A stretch of 15,629 bases of DNA from Candidatus Moanibacter sp. (GCA_965215885.1 CBDCEW010000023.1:1-15629); one strand, 5' to 3'. Positions 1-8,143 are shown, counted from the stretch's first letter. Program-made: numbers and translations. Notes: generated by a model not told the origin, from the sequence alone.

Positions 1-904
1 GGGCCGCCTTGACTTGAAGATCCAATACCGATTCCTCCGAATAAAAGGCCACATGCGGCGTTGCAATCAGGTTTGGTAAAGCCATTAGAGGATGATCAGC
101 GGGCAGACGTTCCGGTACAAAGACATCCAGGGCCGCACCTGCAATCCACCCTTCCCGTAAAGCCGTCACAAGCGCATCGATGTTTATCACCGCGCCACGC
201 GCCGCATTGATTAAAAAGGCCGTCGGTTTCATTTGTCGGAGTCTCTCCTCGTCAATCAGATCCTCCGTCTCCGGGGTCAGCGGTGAATGAACGCTGAGAT
301 AGTCTGATTCCGCGATGAGTTCATCGAGGCTCAAAGGTTCGGCCCCATTTCGACTGATCGTTTCGTCGTCGAGGTAGGGATCATACGCAACGATGCGCAT
401 ACCGAACCCGCCCGCCTTTTTCGCCAGGGTCTGCCCGATCTTACCAAAGCCCAGAATTCCCAGTGTTCTACCACGTACCCGGTAGAGCGGCATTCCCGTC
501 TTCAGTTCCCAATTCTCCTCCCTAACCGCCGAGTTGTAGCGACAAATTCCCCGGGCGGAGGCGAGAATAAAGGCCATTGCATGTTCCGCGACCTCATCCA
601 GGCAATAGGCGGGAACATTCGTCACTGGAATTCCCTGCCGGGTCGCCTCCTCAACCGCGATGTTATCCACCCCGATTCCGTATCGCCCGATAACCTGGAG
701 CTGTTTGCCCGCTTGTATGACAGCCGCTGTGACGTGCTTGAAACAGGTAAGAATACCATCCGCCTGTGGAACGAGCGCGATAAGCTCTTCCTCTTCTCCC
801 GTCTCCGCAATCAACAGGGACGCTCCCGCCTCCGCCAGGACTTCCGCCTCGGGTTCCGTTGACGGCCAGGTGTAGTCGGTGACAAGGACGTTCTTCGAAT
901 TCAT
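1..904 (-). CDS. D-isomer-specific 2-hydroxyacid dehydrogenase, CtBP/SerA-like (runs off the left edge; absent from the ORF track)
   Basis: Manual translation from ATG at 904: MNSKNVLVTDYTWPSTEPEAEVL...GRYGIGVDNI...VTNVPAYCLDEVAEHA...TLGILGFGKIG (Rossmann GxGxxG)...HSPLTPET...LINAARG...AGAALDVF...ATPHVAFYSEES. All hallmark motifs of the family are present. Confidence 0.93.
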   Translation of the reverse strand, partial: MNSKNVLVTDYTWPSTEPEAEVLAEAGASLLIAETGEEEELIALVPQADGILTCFKHVTAAVIQAGKQLQVIGRYGIGVDNIAVEEATRQGIPVTNVPAYCLDEVAEHAMAFILASARGICRYNSAVREENWELKTGMPLYRVRGRTLGILGFGKIGQTLAKKAGGFGMRIVAYDPYLDDETISRNGAEPLSLDELIAESDYLSVHSPLTPETEDLIDEERLRQMKPTAFLINAARGAVINIDALVTALREGWIAGAALDVFVPERLPADHPLMALPNLIATPHVAFYSEESVLDLQVKAA

Positions 905-1173
905 ATGAATCGGATTAGACCTTATGATTCATCCCGTAGCAAGGGTGTAGAATGAAAACTCAAAGTCCCGGATTGCCGCGGACGGCGTATCTGACCCTTC
1001 GGGCAATAGGTCCATTTTTGCTTTTGCTCATTGCGAAGTTGAAACAAACGTCCCCGGACCCACCTACGCTCTGCCGTTGTATTTGGTTAACGTGCCTTTG
1101 ATTGCTGGCTGCCCCGGTCTTGTGCCGGGTGGCGCGCGTTCCTTGCTATAAACCGTGTGCCTCTACCAACCCC

Positions 1174-1232
1174 TCCACCGGTCCTTTCTCGCCCCAACCG
1201 AAACACGGCTGGGGCGAGAAAGGACTGGTGGA
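1174..1232. repeat. Long hairpin/inverted repeat (27-bp arms, 5-nt loop)
   Basis: TCCACCGGTCCTTTCTCGCCCCAACCG (1174-1200), loop AAACA, then CGGCTGGGGCGAGAAAGGACTGGTGGA (1206-1232). The arms are 25/27 complementary. Confidence 0.85.
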
Positions 1233-1243
1233 TCGGGCGCTCC

Positions 1244-1488
1244 GTACGTGTTTAGCGTGATGGCCTATGGTCTTAAAGTTCTTGCAAATTTATTCGCCGT
1301 TCGGGGTCATGACCTTAAGAAGTGTCTGTTTTTCCGCTTCGCTGAGGGGGTCAGGCCTTACAAACCGCCCTTCGCAAGCTCAGGGCAATTTGTTAAGGCG
1401 GCTGACCCCGAAAAACAGACACTTCTAGGGCTTGACCCCTTGCTTCCAACATCGAACTAAGGTATTTGCCATCACGCTAAACACGTAC
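1244..1488. mobile_element. MITE, 245 bp, non-coding, with an internal fold-back
   Basis: Perfect 21-bp TIRs GTACGTGTTTAGCGTGATGGC (1244-1264) and GCCATCACGCTAAACACGTAC (1468-1488). Flanked by an 8-bp direct repeat GGCGCTCC (1236-1243, 1489-1496). Internal inverted repeats span 1303-1439. Confidence 0.92.
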
Positions 1489-1578
1489 GGCGCTCCGCGC
1501 ACGATGACAATACAGTCAATTCAGCGACCAAGTAGCAAGCTGCGGGGAATTTCCAAGTTAAACGAACGGATACCGCAA

Positions 1579-1637
1579 TCCGCTGAGCGGAACTACGGGT
1601 TAACATTCCAATCGTAGCGGAATCCGGCTCGCCGGGA
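1579..1637. repeat. Back-to-back GTAG-type REP-like hairpins
   Basis: TCCGCTGAGCGGA-ACTAC (reverse-strand GTAG plus hairpin) and GTAGCGGAAT-CCGGC-TC-GCCGG. Confidence 0.4.
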
Positions 1638-1748
1638 GAAGCTATCTAGAGCCTGTTCGAACAGACTTAAACCAGGCAAAGTTGGACAGGATTTCGACCT
1701 CATGAAAGTCGAATTAGAAACAGTTTGCAAAAACAGTTCCAGAACCTG

Positions 1749-2687
1749 CTATCGTGCCTTCTTCCGGCACCAGTAAATAGCCATAAGACACACCAGAAGG
1801 TAAGCGTAGGTCCTCGGTTCCGGAATCACCTGAAAGTCGTTAAATACCTGCAATTCGGCCTCCTCGCATGGACCTGTGATAGTGAAATCCCACTGAATAC
1901 CGTATGATGCATTGCCGGGTCCGAACGTGAGGGAGGTCGATGCGTTTCCTGAGAAATTCGTAATGCTGTTATCGGTAAGCGAATTCTCAATCTGCGGCGC
2001 CGCGTCCAAATCAAAAGCGTTCGGAATGAAAAATAAGGTTTGAGTGCCTTCCGGAGTTGGTGGTTCCTCACTCACCCCTTCAACCTGGAAAAATGTGTTA
2101 ACTTGAAAGGGGAAATCTGTCTGGAAGTTTCCGTCGATATCCGCCATCGAGAAATCACTACCCGAGGAACCATCGAGATCGAAGTTGATTAAACCGAATA
2201 TTGTGAAATCCAGGGATCCCTGTACATTTGAAATGACGAGCGCAGCATCGAGAAACGCCAATCCGTCTCCAGTGTCTGAATCAAACGGTGTAAGCCTTAA
2301 TTCGTAATCGAAAAGCGAATCGATCGATCCAGTTAGGCGGATGAAGTCCGGACTCGATTCTCCAAAATTACCGATAGAAATGGTATCGGGCAACGGATCA
2401 TTCAGCGAAATGAGCGGTGATTCCTCGGTGTCGCTGCCGAGGCGATAAAAGAATTCGATCGAACTGTTCGATCCCTGCGACACTCCCTCGAAGGTCACAT
2501 CCTGAAGTACTCCTGTATTATCAACTTCGATTGAGATGTTGCCGCTTTCCAGGAATAAGGGAACGGGTCCGGCAAACATGCTGCTGCGCAACACCAAAAT
2601 AAGCGCCAAAACGCCTAACGACCGGAATGTCCATTGATATCCCGCGCGGAGAGCCCTAGCCCGAAAATCGATAAAGTTCTCTTTCAT
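1749..2687 (-). CDS. PEP-CTERM sorting-domain surface protein (paralog 1), about 312 aa
   Basis: C-terminus VIPEPRTYAYLLVCLMAIYWCRKKAR is PEP + TM helix + basic tail. A signal-like segment (SLGVLALILVLRSSMFA) follows ATG 2687. The ORF-track start at 2888 runs through a REP-like repeat and is probably too long. Confidence 0.9.
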   Translation of the reverse strand: MKENFIDFRARALRAGYQWTFRSLGVLALILVLRSSMFAGPVPLFLESGNISIEVDNTGVLQDVTFEGVSQGSNSSIEFFYRLGSDTEESPLISLNDPLPDTISIGNFGESSPDFIRLTGSIDSLFDYELRLTPFDSDTGDGLAFLDAALVISNVQGSLDFTIFGLINFDLDGSSGSDFSMADIDGNFQTDFPFQVNTFFQVEGVSEEPPTPEGTQTLFFIPNAFDLDAAPQIENSLTDNSITNFSGNASTSLTFGPGNASYGIQWDFTITGPCEEAELQVFNDFQVIPEPRTYAYLLVCLMAIYWCRKKAR

Positions 2688-2762
2688 TCTAAAAAAGCAA
2701 CCAAACAAAAATAGGCCAAAATTCAGGCCCTGTCCAGACTTTATCCATCTCGGCTGGCAACT

Positions 2763-2792
2763 GTCATTGCGAGGAAGAATGACGAAGCAATC
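2763..2792. repeat. REP-like half element of the GTCATTGCGAG...GAAGCAATC type
   Basis: GTCATTGCGAGGAAGAATGACGAAGCAATC matches a widespread intergenic palindromic repeat family. The partner arm was not seen. Confidence 0.5.
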
Positions 2793-2913
2793 CACGCAAA
2801 CAGCTTGTACCACCCTATCGAGAAGGTCACATCGACCTCCTTCTCCCGTAAGTCTCACAAGATTTCCTCGGCCACCGTAAAACCGCATTGGTAATGACTG
2901 AAAGTTAAGCTAA

Positions 2914-2919
2914 TATAAT
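2914..2919 (+). promoter_or_regulatory. Possible -10 box for the CMD gene
   Basis: Perfect TATAAT 40 nt upstream of ATG 2959, with an AGGAAAGGA RBS at 2941-2949. There is no good -35 at 17-bp spacing. Confidence 0.35.
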
Positions 2920-2989
2920 TGCTAGACCACGAATTCTAACAGGAAAGGAATCAAAACGATGGATAGCAAACGATACGAAGAAGGTCTAG

Positions 2990-3163
2990 CCCGAAAATTT
3001 CACAAATCTTCTGCTACGACGACGGATCTCACCGCGTGGCAATGCCTTCCCTTGCCCGGCGACCTCAGAGGGTCTTAACACACTGTCGCCCGCCGTGCAT
3101 CGGAAAGGCATTGACACGCAGCGATCTACGCCGTCTCGCTACGAAGTGTGTGAAATGTCCGGG
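2990..3163. mobile_element. MITE, 174 bp, fold-back along almost its whole length, CTAG target
   Basis: TIRs CCCGAAAATTTCACA and TGTGAAATGTCCGGG (13/15). CTAG lies on both sides (2986-2989, 3164-3167). Internal arms 3034-3051 and 3102-3119 match 16/18. It interrupts the CMD reading frame. Confidence 0.9.
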
Positions 3164-3167
3164 CTAG

Positions 3168-5326
3168 CCCAAGTTGCGCATTACAATGCGAAAAGACCTT
3201 ATTTTAATGGCGTTGGACGGCGTAAATCGTTGATTTGCAACGAGGACTAACGCTTAATTGGATTTGTAGGGACTATAAATTATGGTAGCTCTTGACTTTC
3301 CTTTTCCGCTCGCTCACGCTCCGCGGGTATGTTTTTCCGCCTCAAGCATTCCAAGAGCGGCGAGGTCCTCCAACTGCTCGAATCCTACCGCAACAGCGAA
3401 GGCAAGCCGCGACAACGGGTCGTCGTCTCGCTGGGCGATGCGGCCATCAGCCGCCCGGATTGGGTTCCCATTGCCAAGGCAGTGCAAAAGCAGCTCTACG
3501 GGATCGAAGAGCTCTTGGCCGCGCAGTATACGCGCCGCCAGCAGAACTGGATTGAACTGATCCTCAGGCGCATTGATGGGCAGGGACGGTGGCGAGGACT
3601 GCGGGCTAAGGAGGAGCCAAAGCTAAAGGGGCACAAGCAAATCGACGGGGTGCTGGTCGATGAAGTGGAGCACAGCGCAACGGGACTTTTGTTAGGACCG
3701 ATTCTTTTGGGACTCAGGGGGTGGGAGGAGCTGAGGATAGATGAGGCCTTGAAGCAGGTGGGCTTTAACCGGGCCCAAAGGGATGCGGCGAAGATATCGG
3801 TGATCAACCGGCTGGTGGAACCGGTCACCGAGAACGCCCTGGCGCAGTGGGCAAGGCAGACGGCGTTGGGAGATCTCTTGGGGGCGGCTGCGGTGAAGGC
3901 GGATCGGCATCGCTATTACCGGGTGAGCGATCGACTGGTGGAAAACCGCGAAAAGATCGAAGAACATTTGCGCCAGCGCCAGGGGGAACTGTTCGATTTG
4001 GATCGCACGGTGCTACTGTATGATCTTACCAATACGCATTTTGAAGGGGTGAGTGCGGGCAACGCCAAGGCGAAACGAGGAAAGAACAAACAAAAACGCG
4101 ACGATTGCGTGCAGATTGTGGTGGGGATGGTCTTCGATACCGAAGGCTTTGAGTTGGGACATCGGATCTTTGCGGGCAACCGCAGCGACTCGACGACATT
4201 ACTGGAGATGATCGGGGAACTGGACAAGGCGGTGGGCTTGCCGGGCGAGCGTGAGAAAACGCTCATCATCATGGATGGAGGAATCGCGACCGAACAGAAT
4301 GTGAAACTTTTGAAAAAGGAGCGATTCGGATACCTGGTCAACGAGAGCCGCCGGGGGCGCGGCGCTTATCGCGAACAGTTCCTGGAGCAAGAGGGTTTCG
4401 AGGAGGTACAGGGCAGGGATGAGGACAGAGAAGTGAAGGTGAAGTGGCTGCAAGAGCCGATGGGAGAAAAAGACCGCAGGGAAGTCGAAAGAGAGCAAGG
4501 GGAGCGGGGGCAAGAAGACAAGGAGTATGTGGTGTTGTGTAAAAGTCAGCGCAGGCGGGCCAAGGAAGAGGCCATTTATTCAGGGGCCGAAGGGCGCTTT
4601 ATGGAGGCGCTCGAAGCGCTCCAAAGCCGGGTCGATCAAGGCAGGTTGAAGGATCCGCAAAAGATCCACAGAGCGATCGGGCGGGTGCAGGGGCAACATT
4701 CCAGGGTGCAGCGCTTTTATTCGATTGAGCTCACCGAAGCAGGGGAGGACGCCGAAAAGAAAAAGTGGGGCCTGCGCTGGATCCGAAGAGAGCAGGCCTA
4801 TGAAGAAGATGCCCAACTTTTAGGCTGCTATGTGCTGCGCACCAATCGGGATAATTTCACCGGGGCTGAGCTATGGCGGTTGTATATGACTTTGACCCGC
4901 GCAGAAGACGGCTTCAAAGCGCTCAAGAGCGACCTGGGACTTAGGCCCAACCACCACCAGATCGAACCACGCGTTGAGGGCCATGTCTTTATCACCATTT
5001 TAGCCTATCAACTCCTGCGCTTTATCGAGTACACTTTGGAGCAGCACGGGGACACCCGCTGCTGGCAGACGATCAAGCGGGTCTTGGGGACCCATACCTA
5101 TGCCACTCTCATTTTACCGACTCGCCATGGAGAGGTCTATCGCCTGCGCAAAGCGGGAATCCCCGAGCAGAGCCACAAGCAGATTTATCAACTCTTCCGG
5201 ATCCCATGGAAGAAATTGCCCGTAAAAAAGAGTATGGTAAAAAGAAAAGTCGAAACGACTTTGTAGTGCCTTTGAAAAACGGGTGTTGATTATCAAGGAC
5301 TTAACTCACAAAGTGCGAAAGTCGGG
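3168..5326 (+). mobile_element. IS1634-family insertion sequence, 2159 bp
   Basis: Imperfect TIRs CCCAAGTTGCGCA and TGCGAAAGTCGGG (10/13). CTAG direct repeat at 3164-3167 and 5327-5330. One long transposase ORF. Confidence 0.92.
3329..5266 (+). CDS. IS1634-family DDE transposase, 645 aa, apparently intact
   Basis: N-terminal LESYR...KPRQRVV.SLG. Catalytic-region motifs YDLTNTHFEG, IIMDGG, YVLRTN and RAEDGFKALKSDLGLRP.HH...RVEGHVFITILAY. Confidence 0.93.
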   Translation: MFFRLKHSKSGEVLQLLESYRNSEGKPRQRVVVSLGDAAISRPDWVPIAKAVQKQLYGIEELLAAQYTRRQQNWIELILRRIDGQGRWRGLRAKEEPKLKGHKQIDGVLVDEVEHSATGLLLGPILLGLRGWEELRIDEALKQVGFNRAQRDAAKISVINRLVEPVTENALAQWARQTALGDLLGAAAVKADRHRYYRVSDRLVENREKIEEHLRQRQGELFDLDRTVLLYDLTNTHFEGVSAGNAKAKRGKNKQKRDDCVQIVVGMVFDTEGFELGHRIFAGNRSDSTTLLEMIGELDKAVGLPGEREKTLIIMDGGIATEQNVKLLKKERFGYLVNESRRGRGAYREQFLEQEGFEEVQGRDEDREVKVKWLQEPMGEKDRREVEREQGERGQEDKEYVVLCKSQRRRAKEEAIYSGAEGRFMEALEALQSRVDQGRLKDPQKIHRAIGRVQGQHSRVQRFYSIELTEAGEDAEKKKWGLRWIRREQAYEEDAQLLGCYVLRTNRDNFTGAELWRLYMTLTRAEDGFKALKSDLGLRPNHHQIEPRVEGHVFITILAYQLLRFIEYTLEQHGDTRCWQTIKRVLGTHTYATLILPTRHGEVYRLRKAGIPEQSHKQIYQLFRIPWKKLPVKKSMVKRKVETTL

Positions 5327-5700
5327 CTAGCCGTTCGGCGTGCGGTCCTTGGATCCGAACACGTCGATCGCTCTCTCGCCGAGGCCGACGAATTCACCCG
5401 ACCCCTCCAGGAGCTGATTACGGAGTACTGCTGGGGCGCCATCTGGACGCGGCCCGGGGCTCCCCCGCAAGACGCGCAGCCTCATCAACATCGCCATGAT
5501 CACCGCCCTCAATCGCCCGCACGAGGTGAAGCTGCACCTGCGTGCGGCATTGCGAAACGAGTGCACAAAAGAGGAGATAATGGAGGTTCTCCTACAGGCA
5601 GCGATCTATTGTGGCGTGCCCGCAGCCGTCGACAGCTTCCGCATCGCGCGCGAGGTCTTTAAGGAAACTGATTCTTAATCGGCGCTCTCCAGCCGCCCGA

Positions 5701-6459
5701 TCAATTGAAAAAAGGCGCCGGGGTCTCCTCAAAATGATTGTAGCGGTCCTCGCCACGCACGATCACCGGCTTCCAGGCAGACTTGAGGGAATTTAACTCC
5801 GCCTGGCGAACTTCAGGTGGAACGAAACGAACCGTCAGTCCGCAACGGCGGCGCTGTGAATTGTTGGGCTGGCTGGCGTGAAAAACATGCCCCCCGTGGA
5901 CCGAAATCTGACCCGCTTTCAATTCCAGGTTCACCGCCCTGCTCTCATCCACATATTCGCTGGAAATCTCCTGATTGATACTGAGAAGATTGCCGTCGAT
6001 TTCGGATTTTCCATGGGATGCGATCCCCGTCCTGTGGGTCCCGGGTATCGCTTTCATACAACCATTTTCGATGTCACTGTCGTCGATCGCCACCCAGGCG
6101 GTATGAGCGATGGGCGGTTCAAGCCCCCAGTAGGTCACGTCCTGATGCCAGGCTACGAATTTCTCTCCCTGGGGATCCGGGTATTTGCAGAAGAAATGGG
6201 TACTGAGCAGCAGGATATCGCGACCCATAAGCCCCTCCATAATATTCAAAATTCTCGGATCTGAGGCGAGTCTCCATATGAACTCCTCCTGAAAGTGCCA
6301 ACCCGCGAGCCCAATCTGACACTTTTCACGGCCCTCTCGAGCTTCAAGTTCGTCAAAACAATTGCGGTATTGGCTGATTTCCTCTTCAGAGAATACGTCA
6401 ATACCGGTTACGAACCCGTCTCGGTCGTAGGCCTGTTGGTGTTCTTCCGCAACGATCAT
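5701..6459 (-). CDS. Phytanoyl-CoA dioxygenase (PhyH) family Fe(II)/2-oxoglutarate dioxygenase
   Basis: YDRDGF near the N-terminus, WHQD (HxD), AWVAIDD...NGCM..IPGTH, distal HAS.PN and RRCGLTVRF. ATG 6459 is preferred over the ORF-track start at 6498. Confidence 0.92.
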   Translation of the reverse strand: MIVAEEHQQAYDRDGFVTGIDVFSEEEISQYRNCFDELEAREGREKCQIGLAGWHFQEEFIWRLASDPRILNIMEGLMGRDILLLSTHFFCKYPDPQGEKFVAWHQDVTYWGLEPPIAHTAWVAIDDSDIENGCMKAIPGTHRTGIASHGKSEIDGNLLSINQEISSEYVDESRAVNLELKAGQISVHGGHVFHASQPNNSQRRRCGLTVRFVPPEVRQAELNSLKSAWKPVIVRGEDRYNHFEETPAPFFN

Positions 6460-6521
6460 GCCTACATTATCGAGCCTATTGATGGATCTGCAAGCCACAC
6501 TTTTCCTTTTCTTCCCTCCCT

Positions 6522-6567
6522 ATCCGCTGCCGTCCTTTCATCCGCTGCCGTCCTTTCATCCGTTGCC
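6522..6567. repeat. 18-bp tandem repeat, about 2.5 copies
   Basis: ATCCGCTGCCGTCCTTTC occurs exactly twice (6522-6557), followed by ATCCGTTGCC. Confidence 0.85.
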
Positions 6568-6854
6568 ATTTCTCTTCTGCAACGCTACCATATGGGCATC
6601 AGGATGTGCCCTTAAAGCGGGAAGATGCGCTGTCGTGGCCCACCAACCGGCTCCAGGAATCCCGCAATTTACGATATCATTCATTGTAATCACCTTGATT
6701 CGAACTAATTGAGAAGGGGTCAAGCCGCAAGAATCGATTCCGCTGGAAAATGTCGTCGTTTCGAGGGAGCTTCACGAATTCCAGTATAGCAGATCAAGAA
6801 TCGTTCTCGTAGTCGTTCTCGTTCTCGATTAGGATTATCTTGTTGCGCGAGAAG

Positions 6855-6945
6855 AACCCACCCCTTACCCCTCCGCGGGAGGGGAACTGGATCAATGAGC
6901 CCCTAAGTGAAAAGATCCCCTCCTGGGAGGGGCAAGGGGTGGGTT
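6855..6945. repeat. REP-doublet-like palindromic element (CCCCTCC..GGAGGGG type)
   Basis: Terminal arms AACCCACCCCTTACCCCTCC and GGAGGGGCAAGGGGTGGGTT (19/20). Each half has its own CCCCTCC-n-GGAGGGG hairpin. Confidence 0.8.
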
Positions 6946-7186
6946 GGCTCTGCTGGAAGCCTCACCCTGTCCTACGGCAGGGTTTGATACAGCAAGGAAC
7001 ACGCCGGGTGCCCGCGCTTATCTGAAAATAAATCACTTCCCCGTCGGCGGACATTGTCGTCGAGCACGATTATCCCGCTGAGCGGGAAGCACGATCGAAG
7101 GGCCCCTACTCAGAAAAGTGGTGTCTTCCCGCTTACAGCTGCAGCGAACCCTCCCTGAAAAGGGTGCGATCGATCTCTAAAACGAC

Positions 7187-8143
7187 CTACGACCAACCTA
7201 CCCGGCCGAAAAGCAGCAAACTCCCTATTCCAATCAGCAACATCGCATAGGTGCCCGGTTCGGGAACGACGTGAAATACGGTGTGGACGTCAATCGTAGC
7301 AGCATCGGAGGGTGGAAGTGTAACTTCCCACTGGAATCCGAACGTGGCGTCAAGATTACCCAGCGATGTTGTGCCACTTGTAAAATTCGTGATGGAAACA
7401 TCTTCTAAATCATTCAAAGCGTTTGGATATTCATCGATGTCGAACTGTGTCGGGCCGATTGCTCCAAACCCCGCCGGATTGACGAGACCGGCCCCCTCGA
7501 AAAAGAATTCTGTCGGGAAGGTATCGGCCGAGGATAAGTCATCGAACTGTGAGATCTGGCTGAGACTGCCGTCAATAAAGTCTCCATCGGAACCGGCATC
7601 AAGATCATAATCGAAAAATGCGAAAATCGTAATATCATGCGAATTCGTCGAGTCGGTGCTCGTGATATCAAGACCGATATCCAGAAGGGCCATTTCACTG
7701 CCCGGAGTGAAGCCGAAGGGTTCATAACTGAGGGTAAAAGTAAAAAATGAGGTGAACCCCTGCACCACGATCGTTTTACCTTGTAAAGAAACCTGGGTTA
7801 GCTGAGTACCCCCACTGAATGCGCTCAGGGGAAATTCCTGGGTATCGCCATCCACGCGGTAAAACCACTCGATCGAGGACAATTGCTCGATTCCCTCGAC
7901 TATTACCGAATTCAACGCTGTTTCGAACCCCCCTTGTCCATCACTGTTCGTATCGAAATTGATCGATATATTGCCATCGCTGACGGCCTGATCTTCTACC
8001 GTACCCGAGGGTGTCACGCCGTCGGTGACAACGACGGCGATCAAGGCTCCTGGGGCGGTGAGAGCCAATACCAAAGCCGCTCTTACAAGTATTCTCATTG
8101 GACTATCCACCGTTCTGAAACTTGAATCGTAGGGACTTTTCAA
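7187..8143 (-). CDS. PEP-CTERM sorting-domain surface protein (paralog 2)
   Basis: Signal peptide (RILVRAALVLALTAPGALIA) and C-terminus VVPEPGTYAMLLIGIGSLLLFGRVGWS. Alignment with paralog 3 suggests the real start is GTG 8110 or ATG 8098. Confidence 0.92.
   Translation of the reverse strand: MKSPYDSSFRTVDSPMRILVRAALVLALTAPGALIAVVVTDGVTPSGTVEDQAVSDGNISINFDTNSDGQGGFETALNSVIVEGIEQLSSIEWFYRVDGDTQEFPLSAFSGGTQLTQVSLQGKTIVVQGFTSFFTFTLSYEPFGFTPGSEMALLDIGLDITSTDSTNSHDITIFAFFDYDLDAGSDGDFIDGSLSQISQFDDLSSADTFPTEFFFEGAGLVNPAGFGAIGPTQFDIDEYPNALNDLEDVSITNFTSGTTSLGNLDATFGFQWEVTLPPSDAATIDVHTVFHVVPEPGTYAMLLIGIGSLLLFGRVGWS

Larger units (their letters stand above)
2959..5678 (+). pseudogene. Carboxymuconolactone decarboxylase (CMD/PcaC-like) gene interrupted by a MITE and IS1634 and carrying a +1 frameshift
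   Basis: 2959-2989 encodes MDSKRYEEGL. The gene resumes at 5327/5331 with AVRRAVLGSEHVDRSLAEADEFTRPLQELITEYCWGAIWTRPG. After an extra G in GGGG (5456-5459) it continues LPRKTRSLINIAMITALNRPHEVKLH...AIYCGVPAAVDSF...DS* to 5678. The rejoined product is 125 aa, a typical CMD length. Confidence 0.93.

Noticed and set aside
581..875. Short ORFs 581..862, 622..810 and 660..875
   Set aside because: They are antisense or off-frame shadows of the dehydrogenase gene at 1-904 (-).
1155..1617. ORFs 1155..1460 and 1432..1617
   Set aside because: They run through hairpins and the MITE and have no recognisable protein features.
2688..2888. 67-aa N-terminal extension of PEP-CTERM paralog 1
   Set aside because: It crosses a REP-like repeat and would bury the signal peptide. 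ATG 2687 fits better.
3111..3116. Perfect TTGACA in the MITE pointing at the IS1634
   Set aside because: There is no -10 hexamer at 16-18 bp spacing.
5496..5678. 60-aa ORF as a standalone gene
   Set aside because: It is the post-frameshift C-terminal half of the CMD pseudogene.
6522..6945. Repeats as a possible CRISPR array
   Set aside because: There is no constant repeat with unique spacers of regular length, and no cas genes.
6840..7025. 61-aa ORF (NPPLTPPREG...PSWEGQGVG)
   Set aside because: It is a translation of the palindromic repeat.
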